Shown: positions 1 to 9,085 of the stretch, one piece after another | Layout of the letters: every line of letters begins with the position of its first letter | Numbering within the stretch: position 1 is the stretch's first letter | Virus record (IMG/VR): IMGVR_UViG_3300028048_003180 | Span: 1 to 64,000 of that record | Length of the DNA: 64,000 nucleotides | Reading direction: 5' to 3' (one strand) | Origin: a virus | Taxonomy: Duplodnaviria; Caudoviricetes | Made by a program: the position numbers and the translations under genes | Notes under the pieces: generated by a model | What the model saw: only the letters and a program-made list of their open reading frames with translations | The model's database searches: none | What the model was told of the DNA's origin: nothing

Positions 1-1155
1 ATGAGGGTTACGGAACCGTATACCATCTTTTTGAGGACGCTTACTTCTGGCAAGCAGGTCTATTACTATCAATTCCGAGACGAACAGGGGCACAGGTCAA
101 CCCCAAAATCCACCGGATGTACAACCTTATCGCAGGCAAGGCGGTTTTGCAACAAACTGTACAACGAAAATGCGTTTAGTGTAGTTTCATCGACAACGCT
201 TGAAAATTTCGCAAAGGATTTCTTTGCCCCAGACGGGGAATACTGCAAATGGAGGGCCGTAAGCAACAGGCCTCTCAAGCCAGAGACCGTAAGAAGGTAC
301 ACCCTTGCGCTTGAAAGCCATATACTGCCCTACTTCGGGTCTGTCAGGCTGGACAAGATAACTAGCGACATGTGCAAGAAATGGATTGTATGGGCTTCCG
401 AGAAGTGGCAGCCAAAGACGGTGAACAGCGCACAGGGAACGCTCAACCTGATATTTGAATCGGCAATAGACAAAGGGGTAATCCAGAAGAACCCTCTCCG
501 CCGCATAGGACTCCACAAGATAGACAGGAAGCACAGGGAGCTTCTGACTGTCAGCGAGATTGCCGGGCTTTACAACATGGCGTGGCCCAATGAAAGCCAA
601 AGGCAGGCGTTCCTCCTGTCGTGCGTTACGGGAATGAGGATAGGTGAAGTACTGGGGCTTATGAAAGAAGATGTGCGGAAGGGCTTTGTTAACGTCCACA
701 GGACCTATTCAGACAGGTTCGGCCTCCAGGAATCAACAAAAACCTACGTCAACAGGTATGTCCCTATACCCGGGGAGTTTCCGTTCCCGAAAACAAAAAG
801 CAAGTGGGTGTTCCCTGCAGAGAATGGAGAAGGCCCAGTTCAGGCCCATCAGATATACAAGTCATTCATTAAAAGATGTGCCGCTTTAGAAATTGACACA
901 AAGAGCCGAGGATTAACTATACACACCTTACGAAATTTCTTTATTTCATACCTTCAAGGTCAGAATGTGTCGGAATCAAAGATAAGGGCCGTTGCCGGGC
1001 ATTCTGACTCCACCATGACCGACGTGTACACATACTGGACCCCTGAGATGTTCCCGGAGGTGTACGAGGCGCAATTTAGGCTCTACAAGCAAATTACGGA
1101 GGCACAACAAGATGAACTACACGAAGTCACTCGACGTATCAGTCAACGAACTTGA
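1..1155 (+). CDS. int: Tyrosine recombinase / phage integrase
   Basis: Catalytic residues R (TGMRIGE), HxxR (HTLR), H (AGH), Y (TDVY); SAM-like core-binding region; N-terminal arm-binding segment. Confidence 0.93.
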   Translation: MRVTEPYTIFLRTLTSGKQVYYYQFRDEQGHRSTPKSTGCTTLSQARRFCNKLYNENAFSVVSSTTLENFAKDFFAPDGEYCKWRAVSNRPLKPETVRRYTLALESHILPYFGSVRLDKITSDMCKKWIVWASEKWQPKTVNSAQGTLNLIFESAIDKGVIQKNPLRRIGLHKIDRKHRELLTVSEIAGLYNMAWPNESQRQAFLLSCVTGMRIGEVLGLMKEDVRKGFVNVHRTYSDRFGLQESTKTYVNRYVPIPGEFPFPKTKSKWVFPAENGEGPVQAHQIYKSFIKRCAALEIDTKSRGLTIHTLRNFFISYLQGQNVSESKIRAVAGHSDSTMTDVYTYWTPEMFPEVYEAQFRLYKQITEAQQDELHEVTRRISQRT

Positions 1156-1888
1156 GGCGGCAAGGAACTACGCCGTAGAACTCACGAAGGACTACATCCC
1201 GTCCGGCAAGTCTGTGACGGACTTATTCTACTCTAAAGACCTGAAGGAAATAGAAGAAGGAATATCCAGACTCAACAAGGTTTCAGAAGCAACCTGGCTC
1301 CTGTCGGCAATGCTGATATACACCCTTGTGTTCGACAGGAACCTCTACCAGCAGTCTGGAAAGCCGTGGAGCATTTACGTTTCCGAAGCCCGCGAAAGAA
1401 TCGGGTTGTCCCAGCCCGAAATATCAGCCCAGATGTCGGCGGCACGCTTCTTCATTCGGCACTACGCCAAGCTGAAGAAGGCGAAATGGAAGCCCACGGG
1501 AAGCAACAGGAAGCTTGCCCGCGCAGAGTACGCATACGAAATTTCAGGCGACCTGGACGCAACTATAAAGCACCTGAAAGAAGACACCTTCGTGGAGTTC
1601 AAGGAGTGGTACTCCTTGTTCAACGTCCAGAAGGCCTTACCGCTTCCGACCGAAAACATACGGGAAGACATATCCGTTTCCCGGAAGGGAGTCCTCATTG
1701 ACGGCAAGGAGCTTTTTTCCGTCAACAAGGACATTCCAGAAGAAGAGAGGAACAGGTTCTGCGAGATTGCAGCCAAGGCATACACGCTGATAAAGAACGG
1801 CTACAAGCCGCTTATCATTGACGTATATGACGATAAAGAGGCAAAGTCACTCGTAAGGATGAGGGATGAAGCCAGAAAGAACCGTTAG
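1112..1888 (+). CDS. Hypothetical protein overlapping the integrase 3' end
   Basis: 258-aa ORF, RBS GGAGG upstream; no recognisable motif. Confidence 0.75.
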   Translation: MNYTKSLDVSVNELEAARNYAVELTKDYIPSGKSVTDLFYSKDLKEIEEGISRLNKVSEATWLLSAMLIYTLVFDRNLYQQSGKPWSIYVSEARERIGLSQPEISAQMSAARFFIRHYAKLKKAKWKPTGSNRKLARAEYAYEISGDLDATIKHLKEDTFVEFKEWYSLFNVQKALPLPTENIREDISVSRKGVLIDGKELFSVNKDIPEEERNRFCEIAAKAYTLIKNGYKPLIIDVYDDKEAKSLVRMRDEARKNR

Positions 1889-2268
1889 GCAGACACCGTG
1901 GACACCCATTTCGCCCTTTCCACTTCCAAGGCGTTAAGGGTGTCCTTTTCTTCTTTTGTCGCTGCCTTTGCCGTATGCTTCTTGATCAGCACCCCGGCAT
2001 GGCGGAGCTCGTCCGAAGCCATTTCCCTGAACTGAACGTCCCCCGTCTTCTTGTACATGTCATAATACTTTTTGGCACCGTCCAATTCCTCTTCTATGTC
2101 CCCATACATGGAAGTTTCCTTGCCTTCATGCAGTTTCTTTACCAAATCCCACATTTGCCCTATGAACAGGGCCTTCATGTATTCCCTGCTGTACGGGCTG
2201 TACGCAGTAAAGTCCACGTCTTCCAATGCATTCTTGAAGTCATGCTCAAGTTCCATTACGTCATTCAT
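1885..2268 (-). CDS. Ferritin-like four-helix protein (last gene of leftward cassette)
   Basis: EEELDGAKKY...MASDELRHA (ExxH-type motif); RBS GGAGAG before ATG at 2268. Confidence 0.55.
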   Translation of the reverse strand: MNDVMELEHDFKNALEDVDFTAYSPYSREYMKALFIGQMWDLVKKLHEGKETSMYGDIEEELDGAKKYYDMYKKTGDVQFREMASDELRHAGVLIKKHTAKAATKEEKDTLNALEVERAKWVSTVSA

Positions 2269-2321
2269 TTTTCTCTCTCCTAAAAAAAACGGGCGCACCC
2301 ATTACGGATGAGCCCTTGAAA

Positions 2322-2645
2322 TCACCTGCTCCGTTTCAGCGGAAGAAGTGCCTGAAAGTGCGACGGGTCATCAAACCACTGGACGCGCAGTATTGTCCTG
2401 CTTGTCAAAGGCAGGGGTCTATAGTAGTTCCCGTTGGGAGCCATTACAAAACCTGTCACGGTACCGTTGGTCACAGAAAGGGTAGTCCCGTCAGTCCCGG
2501 CAGGGATTGCCGTGAACAACCCTATGTCCATGACCTCTCCGGGCTTTATGTCAACGGTGGATGGCAACGTTATTGTCGTAGCCCCCGCAGCTGTAGTTAC
2601 CCCTGAAGCCCTGACCAGAACCGGAAAGTAGCAGTTGCAAGCCAT
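2322..2645 (-). CDS. Small beta-rich hypothetical protein
   Basis: RBS GAGGTGAG; Thr/Val-rich beta-strand pattern. Confidence 0.7.
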   Translation of the reverse strand: MACNCYFPVLVRASGVTTAAGATTITLPSTVDIKPGEVMDIGLFTAIPAGTDGTTLSVTNGTVTGFVMAPNGNYYRPLPLTSRTILRVQWFDDPSHFQALLPLKRSR

Positions 2646-2658
2646 AAACTCACCTCAC

Positions 2659-2690
2659 AAGGACGGCATTTATCGTGCCGTCCTTTTTTT
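2659..2690 (+). terminator. Intrinsic terminator-like hairpin with T-tail on + strand
   Basis: AAGGACGGCA-TTTATCG-TGCCGTCCTT running into a T7 run. Confidence 0.6.
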
Positions 2691-2743
2691 ATGTCAACAC
2701 CCATAAGGGCGGAAAAGTCACCTTAAAAGGGATTTGCCAGACC

Positions 2744-3424
2744 TTAAGCCGCAAAGAACGGATAAGGGCTGTAGCCTGCACCAAACGGACTTGGCACTGA
2801 ACCATAGTTGAGGTTCGGCTGGTACTTGACCACACCGCAAAGTGCGCGGTCGAGTTCAAGCTGGTTTACACGGCTCTGCAAAGCCTTGTTCTCAGCTTCA
2901 CAGAATTTGTCCAGAATCTTCTGTCCAATTGCCGTGACGGTTGCGTTTGTTGCAGCCGTGTTCATTGCGTTCTCATAGCGGCTCTGGCCGAAGCTTTCAG
3001 CCATCTGGAGCTTGAGTTCGCCGTTGAGCTGGCACTGGTTTGCGATAGCCTGGGCTACTCCTGCACCTACGCCCGCAACGTCACGTGCAAGTTCTGAATA
3101 CTTGTCGTTAAGGTTGTTGGCAAGGTCATGGTAGACCTGGTTTGCGGCAGCCACGCTCTGTGCCGTTCCGCTGTTGACTGCGGAGAGGATTTCCCTCTGG
3201 TTTGCCATAGCGTTCTGGTTGTCGAAACCGCGCTGCACTTCCGCAGAAGTCGCAAGGTTCTCGTAGCCAAGTGCATTGGCAAGTCCGTTACCGCCGAAGC
3301 CGAAACCGCCGTTGCCCATCAACAGGGCAAAGATGAGGAAGGCCCAGATGAAGCCCCCGCCACCGAAGCCCATGCAGTCCCCGCCGCCCATGCAGACGGG
3401 GGATGATGTTTCGATAGTTGCCAT
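2744..3424 (-). CDS. Gly-rich membrane segment plus coiled-coil protein
   Basis: GFGGGGFIWAFLIFALLMGNGGFGFGG followed by long Ala/Asn/Gln heptads; RBS AAGGAGG. Confidence 0.85.
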   Translation of the reverse strand: MATIETSSPVCMGGGDCMGFGGGGFIWAFLIFALLMGNGGFGFGGNGLANALGYENLATSAEVQRGFDNQNAMANQREILSAVNSGTAQSVAAANQVYHDLANNLNDKYSELARDVAGVGAGVAQAIANQCQLNGELKLQMAESFGQSRYENAMNTAATNATVTAIGQKILDKFCEAENKALQSRVNQLELDRALCGVVKYQPNLNYGSVPSPFGAGYSPYPFFAA

Positions 3425-3488
3425 AAACATCCTCCTTTATTAAGTTTTTAACAGGCTGACAGCCTGATTTCAGTTGTTAAGAAATACT

Positions 3489-3713
3489 TTACAACTGGAT
3501 TCCGAAATTAGACGCGAACTGCTTGATGTCAATCCCGCGCTCTTTAGCAAGGTTCATTGCGGTCTGCCTCAAGTCACCTTCGCTTTTGCCAGAAACCATT
3601 TCCTGCATTTTCTGGTACGCCTGCGGGTTTTGCTTCATCATCTGGCTCATTCTGTTCTGCAACTGCTGCTGGAGTGCCCCCATCGGGTTGCTTAGCATTT
3701 GAAACGGATTCAT
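3489..3713 (-). CDS. Small Met/Gln-rich helical protein
   Basis: MNPFQM...AKERGIDI; RBS AGGAGGG. Confidence 0.75.
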   Translation of the reverse strand: MNPFQMLSNPMGALQQQLQNRMSQMMKQNPQAYQKMQEMVSGKSEGDLRQTAMNLAKERGIDIKQFASNFGIQL

Positions 3714-4068
3714 TTAACCCTCCTAATATTCTCTCTATGTTTGAAAGCTTTTTGTTGACCTCCGCAAAAAGGTCTTCCTTTGGTTCCTGGACAGATTCCT
3801 CTATGGAGTAGCACAGGAACTCCGACAGGCCGTTGTTGCCTAGTTTCTTCAGGTAAAGCTTGCCCGTGTTCGTGTCTGCGAAAATGTTGTATGAAAGTGG
3901 CTCAATCATGGCTGCCTTAGCCTCGTCAATGCTTGTTACGAAGCGGCAGTTAATCTGGGGAGCCTGCGGCTGATGCGGAGGCGGGAACTGCACGTATGGC
4001 TGCGTGTACGCCTGCTGCGCATTGCGGAAATAGAAGTCATTAACCGGGTTCATCTGATATGGTTGCAT
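3574..4068 (-). CDS. Hypothetical protein with Pro/Gln/Tyr-rich N-terminus
   Basis: RBS AAGGAGG before ATG 4068; 3' end overlaps the next ORF by 140 bp. Confidence 0.75.
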   Translation of the reverse strand: MQPYQMNPVNDFYFRNAQQAYTQPYVQFPPPHQPQAPQINCRFVTSIDEAKAAMIEPLSYNIFADTNTGKLYLKKLGNNGLSEFLCYSIEESVQEPKEDLFAEVNKKLSNIERILGGLNESVSNAKQPDGGTPAAVAEQNEPDDEAKPAGVPENAGNGFWQKRR

Positions 4069-4166
4069 TGCTTCCTCCTTACGGGAATACAATACCACCG
4101 CATGAACTTTGAGTGACGTAAGATTTGTCTATTTTAAGCTGATAAAAAACGCAGGAAAAACGTATT

Positions 4167-4406
4167 TCATTCCATGCGCCGGATCAGGGAAATCTTTGCC
4201 CTGATTGCGCTGAGCTCATTCGTAATCACGCTCTTGCAGAATCCAAGTGTGTCCGCTATGAACCCCACGTCCTTTCTCTTCATGTAGTACATGTCGAAGA
4301 CTGCCTGCTGCCTTTCGCTGAGGACAATCTTGCCCAGCAGCCCGTCCACCTCAGAACGTGTTGCCGTCCTGAAGTAATCGTTGATGATTTTTACTGATTC
4401 TGACAT
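4167..4406 (-). CDS. Sigma-70 region-4-like HTH protein
   Basis: LSERQQAVFDMYY...IADTLGFCKSVITNEL pattern. Confidence 0.65.
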   Translation of the reverse strand: MSESVKIINDYFRTATRSEVDGLLGKIVLSERQQAVFDMYYMKRKDVGFIADTLGFCKSVITNELSAIRAKISLIRRME

Positions 4407-4444
4407 AAAACTCTCTCACCTTTTTTATTGTTCAGATTGCCAAC

Positions 4445-4473
4445 AGTCTATGGCAGGGTGATTTTTTTGGCTT
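4445..4473 (-). promoter_or_regulatory. A-tract promoter for the leftward cassette
   Basis: Minus strand AAGCCA-17 bp (A7 run)-TAGACT. Confidence 0.5.
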
Positions 4474-4550
4474 GAAAAGGCAATTATCGGAACTTTTTGA
4501 AAAAAAAATAAAAAAAATTGCTGAAATGGCGCATCTGCGCCATTTCAGTA

Positions 4551-4579
4551 TTGACCAATTAAAACAGATGTATTATATT
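4551..4579 (+). promoter_or_regulatory. Sigma-70 promoter of the replication operon
   Basis: TTGACC-17 bp-TATATT. Confidence 0.7.
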
Positions 4580-4607
4580 AAACACATAAACAACTGACAT
4601 TCAGGTT

Positions 4608-4714
4608 TGTCCATACCGAGCCGTATTGTCACAAGTGGGTTTTATTGTCGTTATCTCCGTAGTATGGGCGCAGGAAACTGCGTGGAGGTGGCGGCAATAA
4701 AGCCCATTTTTTTT
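4608..4714 (+). promoter_or_regulatory. Structured leader / putative attenuator upstream of the initiator gene
   Basis: 22-bp stem 4637-4658/4684-4705 with five G.U pairs, inner GAAA tetraloop, T8 tail. Confidence 0.6.
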
Positions 4715-4736
4715 ATCTGAGGAGATATAAAAATAC

Positions 4737-5672
4737 ATGAACCATTCTTTTAATACAAAAGTAGCAGAACTGTATGGCCTTGAAGAAGCGATTCTTCTTG
4801 AAAACATTTATTTCTGGTGCAAAAAGAACGAAACCAACAACAAGCTAACACAAGGAAAACCGTGGACATACAACACGGTCAAAGCCTTTAACTTGCAGTT
4901 CAAATATTTATCTCCTGCTATCATTACCAGGGCATTAAAGAATCTTGTCAAATACGAATTGATAGAGGTAGGGGAGTTTAATACGAATGCTTATGACCAT
5001 ACAAAATGGTATTGCATAACAAACAAGGCACGTTCCTTTTTTGAGGATACGGACAGCAGTTCAAGTTATGAAGACAACAAATCGGATTGCGAAAATAATA
5101 ATCCGATTTACGAAAATAACAGTTCGATTTGCGAAAATAGCAAATCGAATATGAAAAAGTCGCAAATCAATACAACAGATATAAACACAGATGGTAATAC
5201 AGGTGGTAATACAAATATAAATTCTCCCGGCGAACCGCCGGAGGGGGAAAACAAGGTCAAGCCTTGTGAAAAACCAAAGCCTAAAAAGGCAGATTCTTTT
5301 CCCCAAGAATACTACGACCAGATATACCAGGCATACCTTGAGAACTACAGGAAGCTTTATCCAGACAAGGGAGACCCTGACATAATGTATGGGTATCTGA
5401 ACAAGAGCATAAAAAATGCCCTAAAGACATACGGCTTTGAAAAGGTTCTTGAGGCAGTCAAGATTTCGGTAAACCACCAGTTCTTGCTGGACAATGGCTA
5501 TCCATTGTCCTTCATCTTCGGAAGCAAGGAATTGCCCATGCTGATTAACAGGACTTTCAGTACACAGCAGAAGTCTGGATATACTGGCAAGCCTTTTTAC
5601 AGGGGCTTTGATAAGGAAGCTCTGAACAGGAAAATATCCCTGCTTGACGGAGTGGAGGCAATTTATGAATGA
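4737..5672 (+). CDS. Phage replication initiator
   Basis: N-terminal HSFNTKVAELYGLEEAILLENIYFW winged-helix-type region; internal iteron-like repeats; precedes DnaC-like gene. Confidence 0.8.
   Translation: MNHSFNTKVAELYGLEEAILLENIYFWCKKNETNNKLTQGKPWTYNTVKAFNLQFKYLSPAIITRALKNLVKYELIEVGEFNTNAYDHTKWYCITNKARSFFEDTDSSSSYEDNKSDCENNNPIYENNSSICENSKSNMKKSQINTTDINTDGNTGGNTNINSPGEPPEGENKVKPCEKPKPKKADSFPQEYYDQIYQAYLENYRKLYPDKGDPDIMYGYLNKSIKNALKTYGFEKVLEAVKISVNHQFLLDNGYPLSFIFGSKELPMLINRTFSTQQKSGYTGKPFYRGFDKEALNRKISLLDGVEAIYE
5058..5222 (+). repeat. Iteron-like repeats (probable replication origin)
   Basis: CGAAAATA at 5090, 5111 and 5132 (21-bp period), then 12-bp AT-rich repeats 5169-5222. Confidence 0.6.
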
Positions 5673-6501
5673 CGAGATAAAGACACTTAGCTTTCCGACT
5701 TTTTCGGCTTTGAATGTTGAGGTTGTCAAAGAGTATGACACTCAAGTGGAATGTACGAAACACGGAATGTACGATGCACACGTAACACTTTATTCAGACG
5801 GTGAAGAATCAAAAACCAGATGTCCCAAGTGCATAGAGGAAGAGGTTGAGGCTGAGAGGGCTGAAAGGGAGAAGGCTAGGAAGATAGAGAATGACAAATA
5901 CTGCCACTCTCTTAACATACAACCTGAATATTATGACAAGATGATTTGGGATTACGAACCTAAAACTTTTTCACAAGAGAAGGCAAAGGAAGCTGTGCAG
6001 GATCTGATAAATAACAGGACGGGTAAGCTTATACTGTTAGGGGCCAATGGCGTGGGAAAAAGTTTACTGGCGAGTATTGCCACAAAATCACTAGGAGGAA
6101 GGATTTATACGATGTACGAAATCTCGACTATAATACGCCAGGCTTACACACAAAAGGCAACAAAGTCAGAGATGGAAATCGTAAAGGAACTGGCAAACCT
6201 TCCGTTCCTTGCCATTGATGAAGTGGGAAGAATTTCAAATACGGAAGCCGTTCAGAACTGGTTTTCATTCATCCTTGACCAAAGGCATACAAAAAAGCTG
6301 CCGACCATGCTTACGGGCAACCTGCACTTCAGAAAGAACTGCCCGGACAACGGATGCCCAAAATGCTTTGAGAACTACTTCGACGACGACATCTTAAGCC
6401 GTCTCAGGGAAGATACAACAATCGTTTTGATGAAAGGTCCTGACAAGAGGGCAGGACAAAACTTCAAGTTCTTTGCTGAACCAGAGGAGAAAAAATCTTG
6501 A
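5665..6501 (+). CDS. DnaC/IstB-like AAA+ helicase loader
   Basis: Walker A GANGVGKS, Walker B LAIDEVG, N-terminal CxxH/CxxC, ILSRL. Confidence 0.85.
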   Translation: MNDEIKTLSFPTFSALNVEVVKEYDTQVECTKHGMYDAHVTLYSDGEESKTRCPKCIEEEVEAERAEREKARKIENDKYCHSLNIQPEYYDKMIWDYEPKTFSQEKAKEAVQDLINNRTGKLILLGANGVGKSLLASIATKSLGGRIYTMYEISTIIRQAYTQKATKSEMEIVKELANLPFLAIDEVGRISNTEAVQNWFSFILDQRHTKKLPTMLTGNLHFRKNCPDNGCPKCFENYFDDDILSRLREDTTIVLMKGPDKRAGQNFKFFAEPEEKKS

Positions 6502-7109
6502 TTGAAAGAATTGAAGCATACTACGGCAAGGAACTCGGGAGCGAGGAAAAAAGATGGGCTGAGCAGAATCTTGGCGGACTGACAGGAGATTACCAAGACA
6601 AGTTCATGGACACGCTTGGCAACATCTGTAAAAAAGGAAAGGGATGCCCTGATATTTCCTCCATGTCAAAAGCCTTGCAAGCCGTAACCGGGAAAGCTCC
6701 GAGGGTTTACTTCTGGAGCGTCTGCCTTGAGTGCGGTACAGGATATGACTACCGCCTTGAGATGTGTCCAAAATGTTATGAGAAGGGGCTTAAATGTACG
6801 GACAAAGAGGTGAAGGTCTCTGACTTCCCGCCTCCAATGAACGTAATACGCTACAATAAGACGTTCCTGAGATACACGAACGAGAAAGGCCAGCGGGAAA
6901 TGTCCTGCTACAACTGCGAAGGCAGGAAGTTCAGCTACTGCTCAAACTTCGGCAACCCTAACTGGGACTGCCGTGACTACAGGAACTGCAAGTGCAATGC
7001 CTGCTGCTCAATGGAGAGAAGGTCAAATTCAAAGATGAAGGAACAGAAGGGAGAGAAGCATTACGCTGTCCCTTTAAGGGCTCAAAAACAAGAAATCCCC
7101 TTGCTTTAG
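6498..7109 (+). CDS. Cys-rich zinc-binding protein; last residues supplied by the IS left end
   Basis: Several CxxC motifs; removing the IS gives the ending PLRAVG-stop. Confidence 0.7.
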   Translation: MIERIEAYYGKELGSEEKRWAEQNLGGLTGDYQDKFMDTLGNICKKGKGCPDISSMSKALQAVTGKAPRVYFWSVCLECGTGYDYRLEMCPKCYEKGLKCTDKEVKVSDFPPPMNVIRYNKTFLRYTNEKGQREMSCYNCEGRKFSYCSNFGNPNWDCRDYRNCKCNACCSMERRSNSKMKEQKGEKHYAVPLRAQKQEIPLL

Positions 7110-8392
7110 CTGGGGGATGAATTGCGATTTTTATTTCTTAACTAATTTTATGGGAATGTGATTATGGCATACAGAGCATATAAATACAGAATCTATCCGA
7201 CTCAGAAACAGGCGGAGCTGATAAACAAAACTATCGGCTGCGCAAGATTCGTGTATAATGCCTTACTTGCTGATGCAAAGAAACAGTATAAGGAGACTGG
7301 TAAATCAAAGATTAAAACACCAGCTTCCCTAAAGAATGAATATGAATGGCTAAAAGAGGTTGACAGTCTTGCCTTATGCAATTCACAGCTTCATATTCAG
7401 ACGGCTTATAAAAACTTTTTCAATAAGACTGCAAGATTTCCAGAGTTTCATTCCAAACACAAAGGAAAACAGACTTATACTACAAATAGCGTGAATGGAA
7501 CAATCAGAATCGAAAAAGGAAAATTAAAACTTCCAAAGCTGGGATTTGTAAAGATTGTACTTCATAGATTTTGCAAAGGGGTTATTAAATCTGTAACTGT
7601 TCAAAGAACACCAACTAATAAATATTTTGTTTCCGTTCTTACAGAACAGACTCCAGAAGTTATTGAAAAAGATGTAACACAGGAAAAAGTTCTTGGAATA
7701 GATATGAGTTTCAAAGAACTTGCAGTATATTCAGACGGTACGAAAGCCAAATACCCGAAGTTCTACCGCAAAGCTCAGAGAAAACTCGCTCATGTACAGC
7801 GCAATTTCAGCCGCACAAAGGAAGGGTCTAAAAGACACGAAAAAGCGCGGCTTAGGGTTGCAAAAGTATTTGAGAAAATATCCAACCAGAGGAAAGATTT
7901 TCTTGATAAGGAGTCCGCACGAATAGCCAGGAAGTACGATGCTGTAGTAGTTGAAAAGCTCAATATGCGTGCTATGGCTAACCGAGGAATGAAGAACGGC
8001 AAGACAGTGAATGACATTGGCTTCGGTATGTTCAGGGATATGCTGAGGTATAAACTCGGCAGAAATCTCGGACAGCTGATTGAGGCTGATAAGTTCTATC
8101 CGTCTAGCCAGCTTTGTTCTAACTGCGGATTCAAAAATATTGCTGTGAAGAACCTTACTGTCCGTGAATGGGACTGCCCTCAGTGTGGCTTACATCACGA
8201 CAGAGACGTGAACGCGGCAATAAACCTTATGAAATATTATACCGTTGCAACGACGGGAATTGAAGCTCGTGGAGAAAAAGTAAGACCGATAGCGAATGTA
8301 CGTCGTACAAACACTAAAGGCATTTTCGATGAAGCGAGAAAAATTGTAGGTTAGAAACTATAAGCCCCCACCTTCAGGTGGGGGTAGTTGAC
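7078..8392 (+). mobile_element. IS200/IS605-family tnpB-only element, copy 1
   Basis: TTTAA 5' of a left-end hairpin ATCCCC...GGGGAT; right end AAGCCCCCACCTTCAGGTGGGGGTAGTTGAC; no tnpA. Confidence 0.85.
7164..8354 (+). CDS. tnpB: TnpB RNA-guided endonuclease
   Basis: RAYKYRIYP HTH; RuvC D (GIDM), E (VVEKL), D (HDRDVNAA); CxxC...CxxC zinc finger. Confidence 0.95.
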   Translation: MAYRAYKYRIYPTQKQAELINKTIGCARFVYNALLADAKKQYKETGKSKIKTPASLKNEYEWLKEVDSLALCNSQLHIQTAYKNFFNKTARFPEFHSKHKGKQTYTTNSVNGTIRIEKGKLKLPKLGFVKIVLHRFCKGVIKSVTVQRTPTNKYFVSVLTEQTPEVIEKDVTQEKVLGIDMSFKELAVYSDGTKAKYPKFYRKAQRKLAHVQRNFSRTKEGSKRHEKARLRVAKVFEKISNQRKDFLDKESARIARKYDAVVVEKLNMRAMANRGMKNGKTVNDIGFGMFRDMLRYKLGRNLGQLIEADKFYPSSQLCSNCGFKNIAVKNLTVREWDCPQCGLHHDRDVNAAINLMKYYTVATTGIEARGEKVRPIANVRRTNTKGIFDEARKIVG

Positions 8393-8617
8393 GGGCAGTT
8401 GGTTAAGGTTCTGGCTTCCGTGCGTTGCATGGGGTTTGAATACGGCAGCAATGCCGGGCATTGATTTGACGGCGTGGACAGACACGCAAGGAGTAACTCC
8501 AGTTACTTTCCGGCCTGCAAGGGGTGCACTCCGCGTCTCTCCTATGCCCTAGAATGGATTAACGCGACTAAGAGCGAAATGCACAAGCAGGCAACTTTGT
8601 TGGAGGTTTGAAAAAAA

Positions 8618-9058
8618 ATGAAAGAAGTAGAAGTAAAGTTTATTGCTTCTGACGGAGCAATCCCTCCTGTCTACAAGACAAAGGGAGCTGCCGGGGCCGA
8701 CGTCTGCGCATTGCTGGATAAAGACCTTGTACTCCGACGGGGGGAACGCGCAGCCGTACCGACAGGACTTTTCGTTGAGGTTCCTGAAGGCTACGAAATA
8801 CAGGTACGCCCAAGGAGCGGCCTTGCGTTCAAAAACGGAATCACCGTACTGAACACACCCGGAACAATAGACAGCGACTACCGCGGGGAACTCATGGTAA
8901 TCCTTGCAAACTTCGGCATGGAAGAGTTTACCGTAAAGAATGGAGACCGCATTGCTCAGGTTGTACTTGCTCCTGTATTACAGGCAGCGTTCGTACAGGC
9001 AGAGTCCCTTTCCCAGACTGAACGCGGGAAAGGTGGCCTCGGCAGTACGGGAGTATAA
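8618..9058 (+). CDS. dut: Trimeric dUTPase
   Basis: AGAD, RPRSGLA, GTIDSDYRGE, GDRIAQ, RGKGGLGSTG motifs. Confidence 0.97.
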   Translation: MKEVEVKFIASDGAIPPVYKTKGAAGADVCALLDKDLVLRRGERAAVPTGLFVEVPEGYEIQVRPRSGLAFKNGITVLNTPGTIDSDYRGELMVILANFGMEEFTVKNGDRIAQVVLAPVLQAAFVQAESLSQTERGKGGLGSTGV

Positions 9059-9085
9059 AGATTATCTTTTTTCAGGAGGAGATAT

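Noticed and set aside
1-1155. attP/attL site
   Set aside because: The window begins at the integrase ATG; no att core could be identified
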